Below, in pieces: positions 23,279-36,243 of a stretch of 64,000 nt of DNA. The DNA lies in assembly GCA_043228905.1 (NCBI GenBank), contig JBHGNT010000021.1, forward strand, positions 8,308,001 to 8,372,000, read 5' to 3'. Numbering within the stretch: position 1 is the stretch's first letter; each line of letters begins with the position of its first letter. The stretch is from Azolla caroliniana. Lineage: Eukaryota > Plantae > Polypodiophyta. The notes beneath the pieces were generated by a model. It had not been told where the DNA came from, searched no databases, and worked only from the letters and a program-made list of their open reading frames with translations. The position numbers and the translations under genes were made by a program.

Positions 23279-24060
23279 CGAAGACTTCACTCTTCTTTTC
23301 GATGAGGTAGATCCATGTGTGCTGGGTGTAGTCGATGAAGGAGACGAAATATCGACTCCCGCCAAGACTCACATTTTGTGCCGGTTCCCATACATATGAA
23401 TGTATCAAGTTGAGCTTATTTCGGCTCCGATTACGCTCGTTGGGGAAAAGTTGGTGTTGCTTCCCTAGTTGGTAGGTTTCACAAATTTGGACCTTTCGAC
23501 CACTAAATTTCGGCAATCCGAACACAACTTGTTTCGATTGCAAGTCCTGAAGCCTTTAGTAGTTGACGTGGCCTATCCGCTTATGCCACAAGTCGATATT
23601 CGATTCGACTTTTTGTCCTTTCGCGAACATGGCGGTGCCTACGTCATTGGTATCGAGGATGAACATTCGAAGCATTCACACTTCCTCTCAATGAGGTAGA
23701 TCCATGTGTGCTGGTTGTAGTCGTCAATGAAGGAGACGAAGAATCGACTCCCGCCAAGACTAACGTTTTGTGCCAGTCTCCATACATCCGAATGGATTAG
23801 GTCGAGTTTGTTACAACTCCGGTTTCATTCGGTGGGGAATGGAAGCCGGTGTTGCTTCCCGAGTTAGCATGCTTCACAAATTTCAGCCTTCCTGCCACTG
23901 AATTTCGGCAATCCAAACACAACTTGTTTCGATTACATGTATTGAAGCCTCCGGTAGTTGACGTGGCTGATCCGCTTGTGCACAGGTCGATGTCTGACTC
24001 GACCTTCTACCCTTTGGCAAACATGGTGGTGCCAATGTCATTGGTGTTGAGGATGAACAT
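23279..24060 (-). repeat. Tandem duplication (~390 bp x2) of GAG-pre-integrase/integrase N-terminus within X1
   Basis: ATGAGGTAGATCCATGTGTGCTGG...GAGGATGAACAT occurs at ~23302-23666 and again at ~23691-24060; element X2 has one copy. Confidence 0.85.
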
Positions 24061-25342
24061 CCTCCCTTCTCTACGCCCTTGCGCAATTATCCGGCCTTCT
24101 TCCTTGATGAAGCACCCTAGGTGCGTAAACTGCACATGCATCCCCTGGTCGACGATTTGTCCAACTGACACCAGGTTCTTTGTGATAGTCAAGATGTGTA
24201 GTACGTTCATCAACTTCCCCTTTTGTCCGACATGGCTTAAAGGGACTTCTCTGACATGCACAATCGGGTGAGGGGTGTCATCTCCGGTTTCAACAATCCC
24301 TGGTTGTTCAAGCTTCTCCAAAAAAGAGAACCACTCTTCATGGCTCGTCATGTGGTTGGACGCTCCGGAATCAATGTACCATACTTCCTCCGATTTGGAA
24401 GTAGTCTTCTTCCTCGAGTTAGCCTTGTGCTTCATCACGAATGTTGGCCCTTTTCCGGTCTTCTCGGTTCTGGATCCTTCTGATCCTTCTGTGTAGTGCG
24501 AGCTTTGCCGGATCTGGATTTGTCCGGATCAGCGTGCTTCTTCCAGCACTTGCTTTCCCTGTGACCCTTTTTGCCAAAGTACCAGCATTTCGTGTCGGCT
24601 TTTCCTTGTCGGCTTCCGGCGCCGCTTTGACTCCCCGTGCTTGTGGAGGGTCCGGAATTGCTGTTGGCACCATCTCTATGCCTTCAGTTCTGCTCTTGCC
24701 GGCCGCCTCTATTGCGTGCCAACCCACCTCGTTCATCACGTCGATAGAGACTGTATAAGAGGGGTGAGCGTTTACGTCGAACTAGTCATTGCTTCCCAAT
24801 TTAACAATAATCAAAACTAGCCTATTTTTAGAAGCTTTGAGTTCCTCGACATTTAATGTTTGGGATCGGCTAAAGGTGTTGAGAAACATAATGGGATGCA
24901 CTCTCGGACCCCCCTGATCCCAACGCTTTATTGTATTGGAACGACCTACTCTTCTCTTATGGAGATCGTGGAAATTCCTTTTGGGGGGATTCTAGGTGGC
25001 ATGCCATCAACCACCGATTTGTAACAAATCTTCTTTCTAGACCGTTTTCTTGGCATGTGTGGGACGTTTTTAAGAAGAGGATCAAACTTGCACCTTTGAC
25101 CAGCAATCAATTCCATATGGGGCGTGATCCCTAGTTGGTAAATTTTTTTTATTTTTTTTCTTTCAATCATCTCACGGTCACCAGCATCACCGCTCAAAAC
25201 AAAATTTTCTCATTGTTCGGCGCATCGTGATACATATATATGGATGGATGACATTTTACCGGAGGTGCAACAGGGGTTTGTTTGCATGCATGCGTCTCGA
25301 GAGAGGGCATATAGAGACAAAGACCTGAGAAGAAGCAACAAA

Positions 25343-25530
25343 AAGAAGAAGAAGAAGAAGAAGAAGAAGAAGAAGAGGCCCGGCACAGGCTCCTGTCCTT
25401 TCGATTTGTCCGGACGAATGTGAAACGGATATTGGAAACCTGCGCCTCTCTCTCTCTCTCTCTCTCTGTCTGTGTCTGTGTCTGTGACTGTTTGGGGGGG
25501 GGTTTAGGGTCTTCTTCTTCTTCTTCCTTC
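25343..25530. repeat. Microsatellite cluster (GAA)n, (CT)n, (TCTGTG)n, (CTT)n upstream of TIM50
   Basis: Directly visible simple repeats in the promoter/5' UTR region. Confidence 0.85.
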
Positions 25531-25589
25531 TTCTTCTCTTTCTGTCTCTTGCTTCTCCTGATTCTGCTTTCCCTGCAGAGAAAGCAACC

Positions 25590-28500
25590 ATGGCGTACTC
25601 CCCGCGAGGATTGCGACACCTCTGTTGTACCTCGGCTTCCCGTATATCCCTCCGTTCCAGGCCCCTCTCTTCTTCCCCGCCCCTCCACGGCGAGCCTATC
25701 CCTGCTGAGACCAACAAACAACCAGCACAGCAACACAATAACCCTCCCGTTTCGCAAGACGAGCTTCTCCATTCTCAACAGATCCCCTCCGATTCCGCCC
25801 TTAGCGACGACTTCATTCCTCTGGAAGATGAATCCTCCCCTAAACAGAGAGGCTTCTGGACTGCCGCTAAAGCTCTCTTCGCTGGCTCTCTTGTAGCAGG
25901 AACCGTAGCTTCTGCTTACGTTTCTTATGGTTAGAATCTCTCGACTACTTTTGTTCTTCTTGGTCAACTGAGGTTTTCAGCAAGCTCTGCCTCATGTGGT
26001 TTAATGATTAGTGTATTCTTGTTTTCTCTCTTTGTTTGAGGACTGATTATTCAGTTCAGATCTTGTTTCGATCAAGAATTCTCTTATGAGACGATTTTTG
26101 TCTTCTATTGCTACGTTTTTGCTAGTGTTATTTTGTTAGTGGATACAGTAAGCTTTGTGTAATGAGAGTTTTTACTGTGCCGTGTTTCTTTAGCCTATAC
26201 ATTTGATGAGGTCAGCAAGAAAGTCTCTGATATGAGGAAGACATCAGTGGAATCCAGCCGAGTTGAAGATGATAGTCTGTTGCAGGTGCTTTTCTTTTGC
26301 GTTCATAACTTCATCTGTAACACTACTAATGGCATGCCAATCATTTAATTTTCCTAGCTTCTGAGCATGGAATATGTAATGTTGTATTCATGGGGGCATG
26401 GGGAAGTAACATAGTATCTTTCTTGGAATATTGCGATGCTTATAACATGACATGTCACACAGATGACAAGAGGTAGACGTCTCATTCTCACCGCAAAAAA
26501 TGATGCAATTATTTCACAAGTGTGACTCAATTTATAGTTGAGGACAAGGTTTCAGATCACCTTATTTTCCTCCATTGCTTTTGGTATCATCCTGATTATG
26601 TCAATTAGGCCTTGCCAATTGTTTCAGATCACATTCTAGTCCTTAGATTTGAAATTTGAAGCAAGTCCTTAGATTTAAACATCTAGTCTGGTTATGTTGA
26701 GTGATAACGTTCTATTGTAGTTGTAACCTTGAAGTTTGAAATAGAAGTCCATGGTTCAACGTACGATCTATTCCAATTGCTAACCTTGTTTTATTATTTT
26801 GATTATATGGAAGCAATAGTCTTTGCTCTAATTGAGAGCATTGCCATACACTTACTTTCCATTTTGGACACAGAAGCAAGTCAATAGTTTTAAAATCTTT
26901 GAACTTTAGCATATTCTCCCCATTTTGTATATTTTGGACATATAATCTGTTATAATTTTAATTCGTTTAGTTCTCATTATATATTTTGTTAATTGGAATT
27001 TAAAAATTTTCATCAGCTTTGTTGGTGGAATATTTGTACTTGGTTTGAATCAATAATAAATTGTGATTGTTTACCATGTAGAGAATTCAAAGTGTGTTGT
27101 ACTCAACAAGTATGAAAGGTATGAGTCATTTCACACACATACATACATACATGCATACAGCCAACAAAATTCAGAGTTTGACCATGGATCCTTTTTTGGT
27201 GCAGCTGCTGTTGGTGTTGCTGAGCTATATTTAGAGGCCCGAAGGTCAATTGAAGACCAAGTTAAGGTTAGTTGGTAATAAATTCGTGATCCATTCTGCT
27301 TCCTTGAATAAATGGTTGCACCTACAAAGTGAAGTGGAATATTTCTTTCAACTTATTTATTTTTCTCCTAGGGTTTTGCAGCACCAGCATCTGACAAGCT
27401 TTTACCCGATCTCCTTCCTCAAGAAAGACATGTCTTTACTTTGGTTTTAGATCTGAACGAGACATTAGTGTATTCAGATTGGACAGTATGTGCTCTTTAA
27501 CAAAGTCTAAAAAAATGTCGTTACAGTTCTAGCGTTTAAAGTGGAGGTCGTCTAATCAGACTAAAGGTTTTGTAGAGGGATCGGGGATGGCGGACATTCA
27601 AGCGACCTGGAGCAGAAGCTTTTCTTGAACATCTTGCCCAATATTATGAGTTAGTGGTATACACAGATCAATTACCTTTTGTAAGTTTCTCAATATCTCT
27701 GCAAATGTATTTTCCCCAAATTGCTCTAGAAATGCACTGAATGCATTTGTTTGTGCAATGTAGACTGTTGATCCGATACTAGAGAAGTTAGATCAGAAAG
27801 GGTGCATTCGGTATCGTCTTGCGCGTGAAGCAACTCAATATGTTAATGGAAAGCACTATAAAGTAAGCTTTGTTTTGGACTATTTTTTTCTTGTTGTATA
27901 CACACATCATGCAAATAACTCGTGTAATAATTGATTGTGATGTATGCATACAAAATACTGTTGCTACATTATACAAGAAAATTAGTATAAGCAACTGGTG
28001 GTTGACATCTACAAACTTTGGATTGCGGTTATGCAGTTTTAATTCAAGGCAACTTCTGACTTCGTCATTTCTGTTTAGCATAATTATAAGAACTTTATGC
28101 TTACACCTAATGCCTAAGAAGTATTTAGCATCTGGTTGTCTGAAACTGGCTAGAATGTCTTTGAGGGGGTGATTAGCTCATGGAGTAAAGATTAGCTTTC
28201 AGCCAATTTATCTTATGAGACTTTAGTCCAGCAAAAAGAGATTACAAGTTGAGAATGTTTGATATAACAAACGAATTGCACCTGAAGTTTGGTGTCCCTG
28301 ATGGTATGTTTCTATATTGTTTGTAGAGGACAAAAGGTCAAGCTTATCATCAAGCTGATAAGCAAGAACAACTGCTCTATAACCCTGTTGAAATTTTGAT
28401 TTTACAGGAAACCCAATGTTATGAAAACACAAAATTCTATATTTATTAAATTTTGCAGATCGTAGTTCATCAAACTCTAATTTCTATACTCTATAGTTCT

Positions 28501-29943
28501 GTGCACTAGGTTTAAATACAATATCTCAAATGACCATTTGATAGTGAGATGGAGAGAGAACTACTGTGCAAAGTTTTAGGAATCTCATTGGGCTCTATGA
28601 ATTCTGCATGTCATAGTTTTGAAAACCCTAATTTCTTCTGATTTTGCGTTGAATGACCGTTTGAGAGAGAGAGGAGAGAAGATTAACGTCCCCAATCTTA
28701 CAGAAATAGACGTTAGTCCCTGTGAACGATCTTCTTTATGCTATAAAATCTAAAATAGTAAGCCGAAAGGTTGCCATTCACATATTAGTATCGTGAAATG
28801 TTTAGTAAAGTGATCATCTTTTGAGTGTTAATGCGAATACAGCTGCTAGTAATGTTAACATATTATTACTCTCTCCGAAATGCAAACATACTTATTCCAT
28901 AATTTAACTCCACAATCACCTGTCAAGATATTGATCAAACAAAACTTGGATGCTTATTTGACACAATTGTGGAATACATAGACCTATTTATCTTAAGGGA
29001 TTCAAACACATAAATCTAAACACAAGCAATTATCTTAATTCTCTGGATGTCACATAAACAATATCTCAAAAGAAATTACATTGCATGATCTATGTCCATT
29101 ATCATAGTGTCTGTCGTGTCAATACCTACCTGGGCACCAAGTTTTGGAGTGTCTGTTGTGTCAAAATTTTTCATCTCTTAAATCCAACTTGTTTGCTGAA
29201 TTAAGGTTGATAGTTAATAATTGGGTGAGAGTTAATCTTCTTTTTTAGTTAGTCACGGTCCTCAAAGATGTTTAGGCCCATTCCACTGTCTTCTTCTTGT
29301 ATATACTCTCAAGTGACTAGTTTATTTGGCGAGGTTTTCATCTCTTTTTTATTTTCTTATGTTCTCTTCTCACAGGATTTGTCGAAACTCAATCGAGATC
29401 CTACACGGGTTATGTTTCTTAGTGCCCATGCAAAGGAGACATGTCTTCAACCTGAGAATGCGGTGGTTGTAAAACCATGGAAACTAGAATCAGATGACAC
29501 TACTCTTTTGGATCTCCTCCCATTTTTTGAATGTAAATTTTTTTGATTTAATGTGTTATATATTGATCTCGTAATGTCGTTCATCATGGTTTTTCATTCT
29601 CATCTTATGATCATGACAATCTGCAGATGTTGCACGTTATCGCCCAGCAGACATTCGACCTGTACTAGCCTCTTATGATGGTCATGACATACCATCTGAA
29701 TTTTTGGCAAGAACAAAAGATTATCAAAGGCAAGAACAACATTGTCGTCGCATTTATGAAGTTTACTTTTTGTTTTTGTTTACAAACCAAACTAGGAACG
29801 ACTTGTAAATCATTACATTTGTAAAGTGTTGTCAGATTCTTATTAAGTTTACAAACTTGGAATGTTTTTTAACTTTTTGAAACTTCAGGAAAATGCGGGA
29901 AGTCAAGTCTCAGAATCCCTTCTTCAGGAGTTCAAGGAACTAG
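25590..29943 (+). CDS. TIM50: Mitochondrial import inner membrane translocase subunit TIM50 (10 exons, 387 aa predicted)
   Basis: Exons 25590-25929, 26194-26285, 27082-27118, 27205-27266, 27372-27485, 27576-27680, 27764-27862, 29376-29532, 29627-29729 and 29889-29943 join in frame (1164 nt). The product has an Arg/Ser-rich presequence, one TM segment (ALFAGSLVAGTVASAYVSY) and an FCP1/NIF-like domain: KLLPDLLPQERHVFTLVLDLNETLVYSDWTRDRGWRTFKRPG, HYKDLSKLNRDP, LQPEN, LLDLLPFFE, DIRPVLASY. Confidence 0.95.
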
Positions 29944-30899
29944 CAAGTTATATATCTGTAGATGTTCGGATGGCTGGATTCTTTGAAGGTATTCCTAGCT
30001 TGACAATTTTGTTTGTAGATTCAGGCAAAACGAGTTTTATAAATATGGTCGGATGCTTTCTGGGACTTATTATGCTAATATTGGCTCAGGACTTGAAAGT
30101 GCATGTTTCCCAAGCATATACTTCTGTCATATGGATGATCAAAATAAAACCCGAATGGCAAGGAAGACATGAAATGCAACAAGTTTATGCATTTGTTTTT
30201 ATAAGATCTTCTTCAGAGAAGACAGAACAAAGTTTTGGTTGGGGCTGAAGAATTGAGGCTCATTGGTAATGGAGCCTGCTCTATACTTTGATTTGAGATT
30301 GGGCTTATTAGATATATATAGGTAATCTTCACCAATACTCCTTTTGAACGTAATATAGAGTTTTATGAGAAATGATTCTTGTAATTTTTGTGCACTTTAT
30401 AAAAGATTCTCAATTTTGAATATTTCAAGCCAAGGTATAGAGTAAGCTGTGATTGAGTGTGGTTTTATCTTGGTTTGAAGTGGACATGTCCAGAACAGAA
30501 AGATGAGTTAAAATTGACACCACATCTGGAAATGATTTGACTTCACCTTATTTTAGTTGAGCATAAAATAATAACTTTTTGCAACATTTTTTTGTTGTTG
30601 GATGCTTTCAATTTTACTTATGTGGGGTTCTCAGTAAGGAGATTACAACCTAATCTGTTGATAAAATTATTGGGCATTACTTGATAGTACTTGTGAATAA
30701 GTATTTTTAGGGATCTAGGAGTTTCCTCTAGCTTATACTCGAGATTACATAGACATTTTCAGGATATCATTAAATAGAATATTAGATGTGCTATGCATAC
30801 ATTGATGTAGGAATAGTGGTATAAGAATGTTCTGTGTGAAGGTTACAAATATATGATGTTAACTATTTGCATATTAGTCAAATATTAGCCTACACTTTG

Positions 30900-32950
30900 C
30901 TATTTCAATTGGGACAACCTTGGTGTACATCTACATCAACCTTTCTTGCTATCGATTTCTCCTGTCATGAAAGGAAAATACTTTATTCATACCTCAAACC
31001 TATGGTCCAACTATTTGTGGCCTATTGGAGAGTATTCATTTTGCTAGGTTTTGCTTTGGGGTGAAGGGGATAGTTTCCTCAAGTCTCATGAACTTCCTTG
31101 AGATGTATGCAATTGTTCTAATATCTTGTATGAGTATTGCACCAATAGTTCCTCCACTAGCATTCCTGATTACTACAAAAAGTCTTGTTTTACATGGAAT
31201 GTTGGCTTACTCTACATATAGCTTATGTTTGATTACCTTATCAAATATATAATGTAATTTTCATGTTCCTCTTCATCTCTTGAATAACCAAAATACCATC
31301 AACGAACTAACAAAAACATGTTGGACCATTTGTTGACCAAAGGACATTATGCGAAATCTACAATGTTCATATCTTGTGTTAAATGTTGTCTTCTCTAACT
31401 CTTATTCAATGGTAACAAGACTTGTTCAAATAACTCATCGACTTGTGGATTTATATATTTGTTCTTGATCATACATTGGTTAGGGGCTCAATAATCTATG
31501 CATGCGTAAGATTTCATCCTTCTTTTGGAATAGCATGAGTTTGCTTGGGGGGAAGTACTTGTCCTAATGTAACCCTAGTCAATGACTAACTTCAATTGTT
31601 CTTTGAGTTCAAGTGGATCTAGGGCAAACATCTTATTGGTAGATTTAGCCAAGGGTTGTGTTCAAGGTGCCAAATTAATTTCATGGTCAACAACCTTGAT
31701 GGTGGTAATTGGGTAAGCTCTTTTGGGAATTAATCACTTAGGTTCCTTTACTTACGCTTTCTTCTTATGTACTTGCATATATTAAACCTAAGGGTAGCCT
31801 TTATACTTTTCATGAATTTATTTTCTTTAACTATATTAATTATTTACCTTCCCATGGTTCCATCTACAAAATACTCAATTATCATACGTGTCTAAAAAGA
31901 AAATAGATCCTACGTACAATTTGTATGGGTAATATTTGGCAACAATTAATCCATTCCTAATATAGGATCAATTTATCTAAATGTGACAAAGTTATTTGGG
32001 TTAATCCACCTCCTAATATGATAGAACAATCATCTCTATTTCAAGGGAGTAGACTATCCTATCATAAGTTAACTTCACCCTCATTAATTTTTGGGTTAAT
32101 CGAGGGCATAGATTAGGAGTTTACACAATTACGTGATATGAATGGATGAGTTGGTTACCGGTGTATTTCTTGAGCACTTGATAATTGATGTTTATTCGCA
32201 CGTATGATGGCTTTTGATAACAACATTAAGAGTTCCATCTTTGATTTATTGGACTCTTTATGTAATAGTTTGATTAGCTCTTTCACTATGTTCACCCCAA
32301 CTTCCACATGAGCCTACATTGCCCCCCCCCCCCCCCCCCCAAACCCTCAATGAAGTATTTTACAAATTATGTTTAATTTTGTTGGGCACATGTCAAAGAA
32401 GTTTTCTGAGTTCCATGCAATAACCCACTACCATCCTCCCATTCCTTTGGCAATTGTAATATGCATTATATTTTTCTCTTCCCCAATGAATGTGTATGAT
32501 TTCTTTCATAGTAACTCTGTATCCCTTTCCAATAAATATAGTCCTCTTCCTAGCCATTGGTGTGGCAATAGGCTTCCCACCAAGTAGAATAGTATCTAAC
32601 ATTTTGAGGAGAGTTAGAATCACTTTATCCTTCTCGTTATGTTTAACAATTTGAAAGTACTTGTCCATGGACCTAATCCTCTTGTATGTGAATTCTGTCA
32701 CATTTTCACTCTCAACTTTGAATAACAGGGATCGTGCATTCTTGAACATTTCCCTCATGTCGTTTGGTGTGCTGGTCGTGGTAGTTTTTGGATTTGGATT
32801 GCCTAGGTCATTTTGGACCCTAGAGTTTCTACTTTGCCTACAATCCTCTCCATTTGGGAACATCTCTTTTAATCTTCCTTGATGGATAACTAAATATAAG
32901 TATCTCATTAAATAATCGTATGGGCACCAATGAGGTTTTACTTAATTATT
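30900..32950 (-). mobile_element. Highly degenerate Ty3/Gypsy gag-pol remnant
   Basis: Gag-like RIRSMDKYFQIV in ORF 32393-32908. Around 31475-31535 the reverse strand resembles RT LFQKKD..LRMC.DY..LN with frameshifts. Boundaries approximate. Confidence 0.5.
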
Positions 32951-33299
32951 TATTTCAATCAAATAGTTGACAAAACAAAGAAATTGTATATTTAACCTAT
33001 ATTTGGATGGACAATTTACAAAAGCAAAATTTCCCTCTCGTATTCTTATACTTGGTCTCTTCTCATCTCTTCCCTCTCAATTCGAATGGAGCTAATCTTA
33101 TGGCCATTTTTCTAGATAATTTGCATATTATTCTACCATATTTCAATAGCAATAAAAGGGATGTATTTTATTGTCATTGAGGATTATATATTCGGTGCTT
33201 TACATTGTCAATAAGTTAGCCATTGCATCATCCTCGTTGTAACATGTATATATGTGCACATTGGGTAACTTTACTCCAGGGATATCCGAGACATCTCAC

Positions 33300-33886
33300 C
33301 AAGGTTGTTAGGTACGTTAGGTACGGTACAGATACCATACGTATTTAACGTATTAATACTCGTATAGTACCTCCCAATTTAAAAATAAGTTAAATACGTT
33401 TTCTTATTATGTTAAATACTTATAAAATACGTTAAATACGTATTTTACGTATAGTACGTTAAATACTTCTAGAATTTGAAAATTATTTACCGTTCTAAAA
33501 AATATCTATAATATTGTAAAAAACATCTATGTTTACATAATTTTGTGATGCACAATATAGTTCTACATCCTAAAATGCATATAAGACATTTGAACATTTC
33601 ACATCCTAAAATACTTGTAGTAATATGGATGTCGACATTCCCTTATTCTATAAATCAGTGTAAGTGTGTATCACAATGTTCTACTTCAAATTGTAATTAT
33701 TTACAATTATGCCTTCATAGATTGAGGAATCGTCTACGATTATCACACTCATGATAGGTTTCTCTTTTCTTTGTTTTCTTCTTCTTCTTCTTCTATTTAC
33801 TGCGATTATCACACTCAGGATAGGTTTATGTCTTCTTTTCTCTCTTCTTCTTCTTCTTCTTCTTCTTCTTCTTCTTCTTCTTCTTC

Positions 33887-33940
<54 letters not shown>

Positions 33941-34214
33941 TTCTTCATCGCCGTCTCTTCTATTCTTCTATTTTTCTTTCCTTTGGCTTCTTTTTCACTA
34001 AAATCTTTTTTTTCTTTTGCTTTTTGTTAGGGTTTAACTTACATTTTCTTTATAAATACGTATTATACCTGTTTTTTTATAAATACGTTAAATACCGTAT
34101 TGGACAAATGTACATGATATTTGACTGAACAACATTGAGGTATAATACGTACTATACAAATGATGAGGTACTATACGTATTTAAACGTTAAATACGGGTA
34201 CGTAAACAACCATG
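33300..34214. mobile_element. Non-autonomous hAT-type DNA transposon (915 bp)
   Basis: Perfect 8-bp TSD CATCTCAC (33292-33299, 34215-34222) and terminal inverted repeats CAAGGTTGTT / CATGGTTGTT. Many subterminal TACGT motifs at both ends; internal (TCT)n(TCA)n microsatellite. Confidence 0.85.
33843..33948. repeat. Compound microsatellite (TCT)n(TCA)n
   Basis: Directly visible. Confidence 0.95.
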
Positions 34215-35227
34215 CATCTCACTCAGAGGATATCCAACTCGTCTGCTCCGCTCGACACACACTCGAAGACGGAGACATAGACTGATTCCTAAAGACTTGC
34301 AAGAACATAGGAATAGATATCGTGCCGAATCGGCTGTAACAACCGATCACAGGCATGCCACTACATAGTAACACGAGATCAACCCAATACATAATACACA
34401 AATGAACCACATAGTTTCCCCCACAAGACAGAATAATATATGAAAGGTTACAAACTTTGTTAACAAGTACCTATGGATTGTTGATATAGTCTCTATATTC
34501 TCTCAAAAACACTCACCCGTCTTGTACAGTTACTCGTCTAAATCTCCCTCTTCCTCTCTCATTCACACAGTCCTTATATAAAATGCCATGCTTCCTATTT
34601 CAGGGGGAACATGATTGGTTACAATCGTTTTACTCATTGAATACTTTTCATTATAGTAACGCTGTGTTTGGCTCTTAGCCGGTTCTCCTTTATTTGACTT
34701 TTTGTGCTTGGCTTCCCATTGTCTCCTTTGAACTTTCACGCCTTTGGCCGTCCTGCCTGACCAACACACACACACGACTCTTATGGAGCTTTTCAAAGAG
34801 TTATGGCTTCCTCCCCCTAGTTTCATGAACTACAAGAATTTTGCGGCTTCATACTCCTAAGAAACTCCTCATCTTTATCTTTCCCATCATGGTGGTATAA
34901 TCTTGCTAGCGTATGCTTCCTAAGATAAAATGCGATGTTAGCACAATCTCACTCTAATACAACTTTGTCATGTACCCTCAATATGACATGTTAACATATT
35001 AAAGGGGTGATAATTAAAGAGAATCTTAGTTGTGATGATGTAGTTATATATTATTTTAGGAATAATGGCAATACATTACAACAATATATATATTGGAAAC
35101 TTCGATACAAAATGACAATGATGCTCATTGCTTTCTCGAATAGGGTAAGTCTAAAAATAATTTATTTTAGGGTTACCCAAATATCATGAGATAGGCATAG
35201 TATCTAATGGCTATCTCATTCTCTAAG

Positions 35228-35523
35228 TTGGTGAAGATATAAACCAAGAATGTATTATTGAAATTTAGCGGACAACAAGTTGGTGAAAATACAAACCAAG
35301 AATGTAGTATTGAAATTTAGAGGACAACCGTGGTATATAACAACCAACCCTTCATATCACATCCTCTACCCATTGCACCATAAAAAAACCTATGTGCTAG
35401 TCACCGGTGAAAATACAAACCAAGAACACAATATTGAAATTTAGAGGACGAGCCTGGTATATAACAACCAACCCTTCCTATCACATCCTCTACGCATTGC
35501 ACCATAAAAAACCTATGTGCTAG
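35228..35523. repeat. Tandem repeat, ~123-bp unit x2 plus a partial ~50-bp copy
   Basis: GGTGAA(A/G)ATA(C/T)AAACCAAGAA..TATTGAAATTTAG recurs at ~35230, ~35282 and ~35405; the last two copies continue to ACCTATGTGCTAG. Confidence 0.85.
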
Positions 35524-35814
35524 TTGCCAATGATGATGACATTTGCAATGGGACTTGGAAGGAGAAGTAGTCTCATCATGAATGATGCTAGTGTGTTACA
35601 AGGTGGTAGTCAGCTTTGGAGATGATTGTTGTTAGGTTGGTGACAAGAACTTTCTCTGTTTATGTGTCTCTGTTTCTTTTTATTGTAATTATCTTACCCT
35701 AGTGGTAAGTTGTTACACTACAACCACTAGTTTCCTGTCTACATAACCCAAATTTCTCACCTCTCTATTCGATACTTCATACATATCTCTTAATTCACTA
35801 GATGCCATTGTGGA

Positions 35815-35880
35815 AACTAGGGGTTAAACCCATGACCTCTTGGTCTCCATTGCACAACCTTATTAACTGAGCTACATCAC
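35815..35880 (-). other. tRNA-derived (SINE-head-like) degenerate sequence
   Basis: Minus strand has A-box-like TAGCTCAGTTA and, 44 nt later, B-box-like GGTTTAACCCC. Shares GACCAAGA(G/C)GTC with the tRNA-like motif in the Z LTR. Confidence 0.5.
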
Positions 35881-36243
35881 TCCTTTTCTTTATTTTCTCA
35901 TTGGACAACCTTACCAATTCAGCTACATCCATCTCTGTCTCTGTCTCTCTCTCAAGAAACAAACGCCCTATAGGCACCTCCTCCTTGACATGAGATCACT
36001 TCCCATTGAGATCATGGCCATGGAAAGGGTTGTTGAATACATTCTTAAGGCTCAAAAAATTCCCTCACATTGACTTCCTAGAATTGCATGGGAAGCAAGC
36101 AAAAAGATTCAAAAGACACTGTCGTGAAGATTTCTGGTTACGGTGAGAAAACCGGATGGAATAGGCAATGTCTTCGATGTGCAACATGTGCACATGTACA
36201 TTAGGAAATGTATATAAAATAATAGGGGATATTTATCCCACAT

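Larger units (their letters stand above)
1375..24750 (-). mobile_element. Ty1/Copia element X1 (5'-truncated, degenerate), interrupted by insertion 1920-20404
   Basis: 3' LTR 1375-1725 (TG..CA) and PPT complement 1726-1737. The internal sequence resumes at ~20405 and is colinear with element X2 (43326ff). Pseudogenised gag/PR (WYIDSGASNHM), INT, RT (YVDDL) and RNase H lie at 20736-24739. No 5' LTR found. Confidence 0.85.

Noticed and set aside
25194-25967. 257-aa minus-strand ORF and overlapping ORFs at the TIM50 5' end
   Set aside because: Open frames arise from microsatellites and the antisense of TIM50 exon 1; no recognisable domain.
33751-34128. Poly-Leu/His and poly-Ser ORFs
   Set aside because: Translations of the (TCT)n(TCA)n microsatellite inside the hAT-type element.
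33238-34996. Possible solo LTR hosting the hAT element (TGTAACATGT...ACATGTTAACA)
   Set aside because: The flanking 5-mers do not match and no partner LTR is present in the window.
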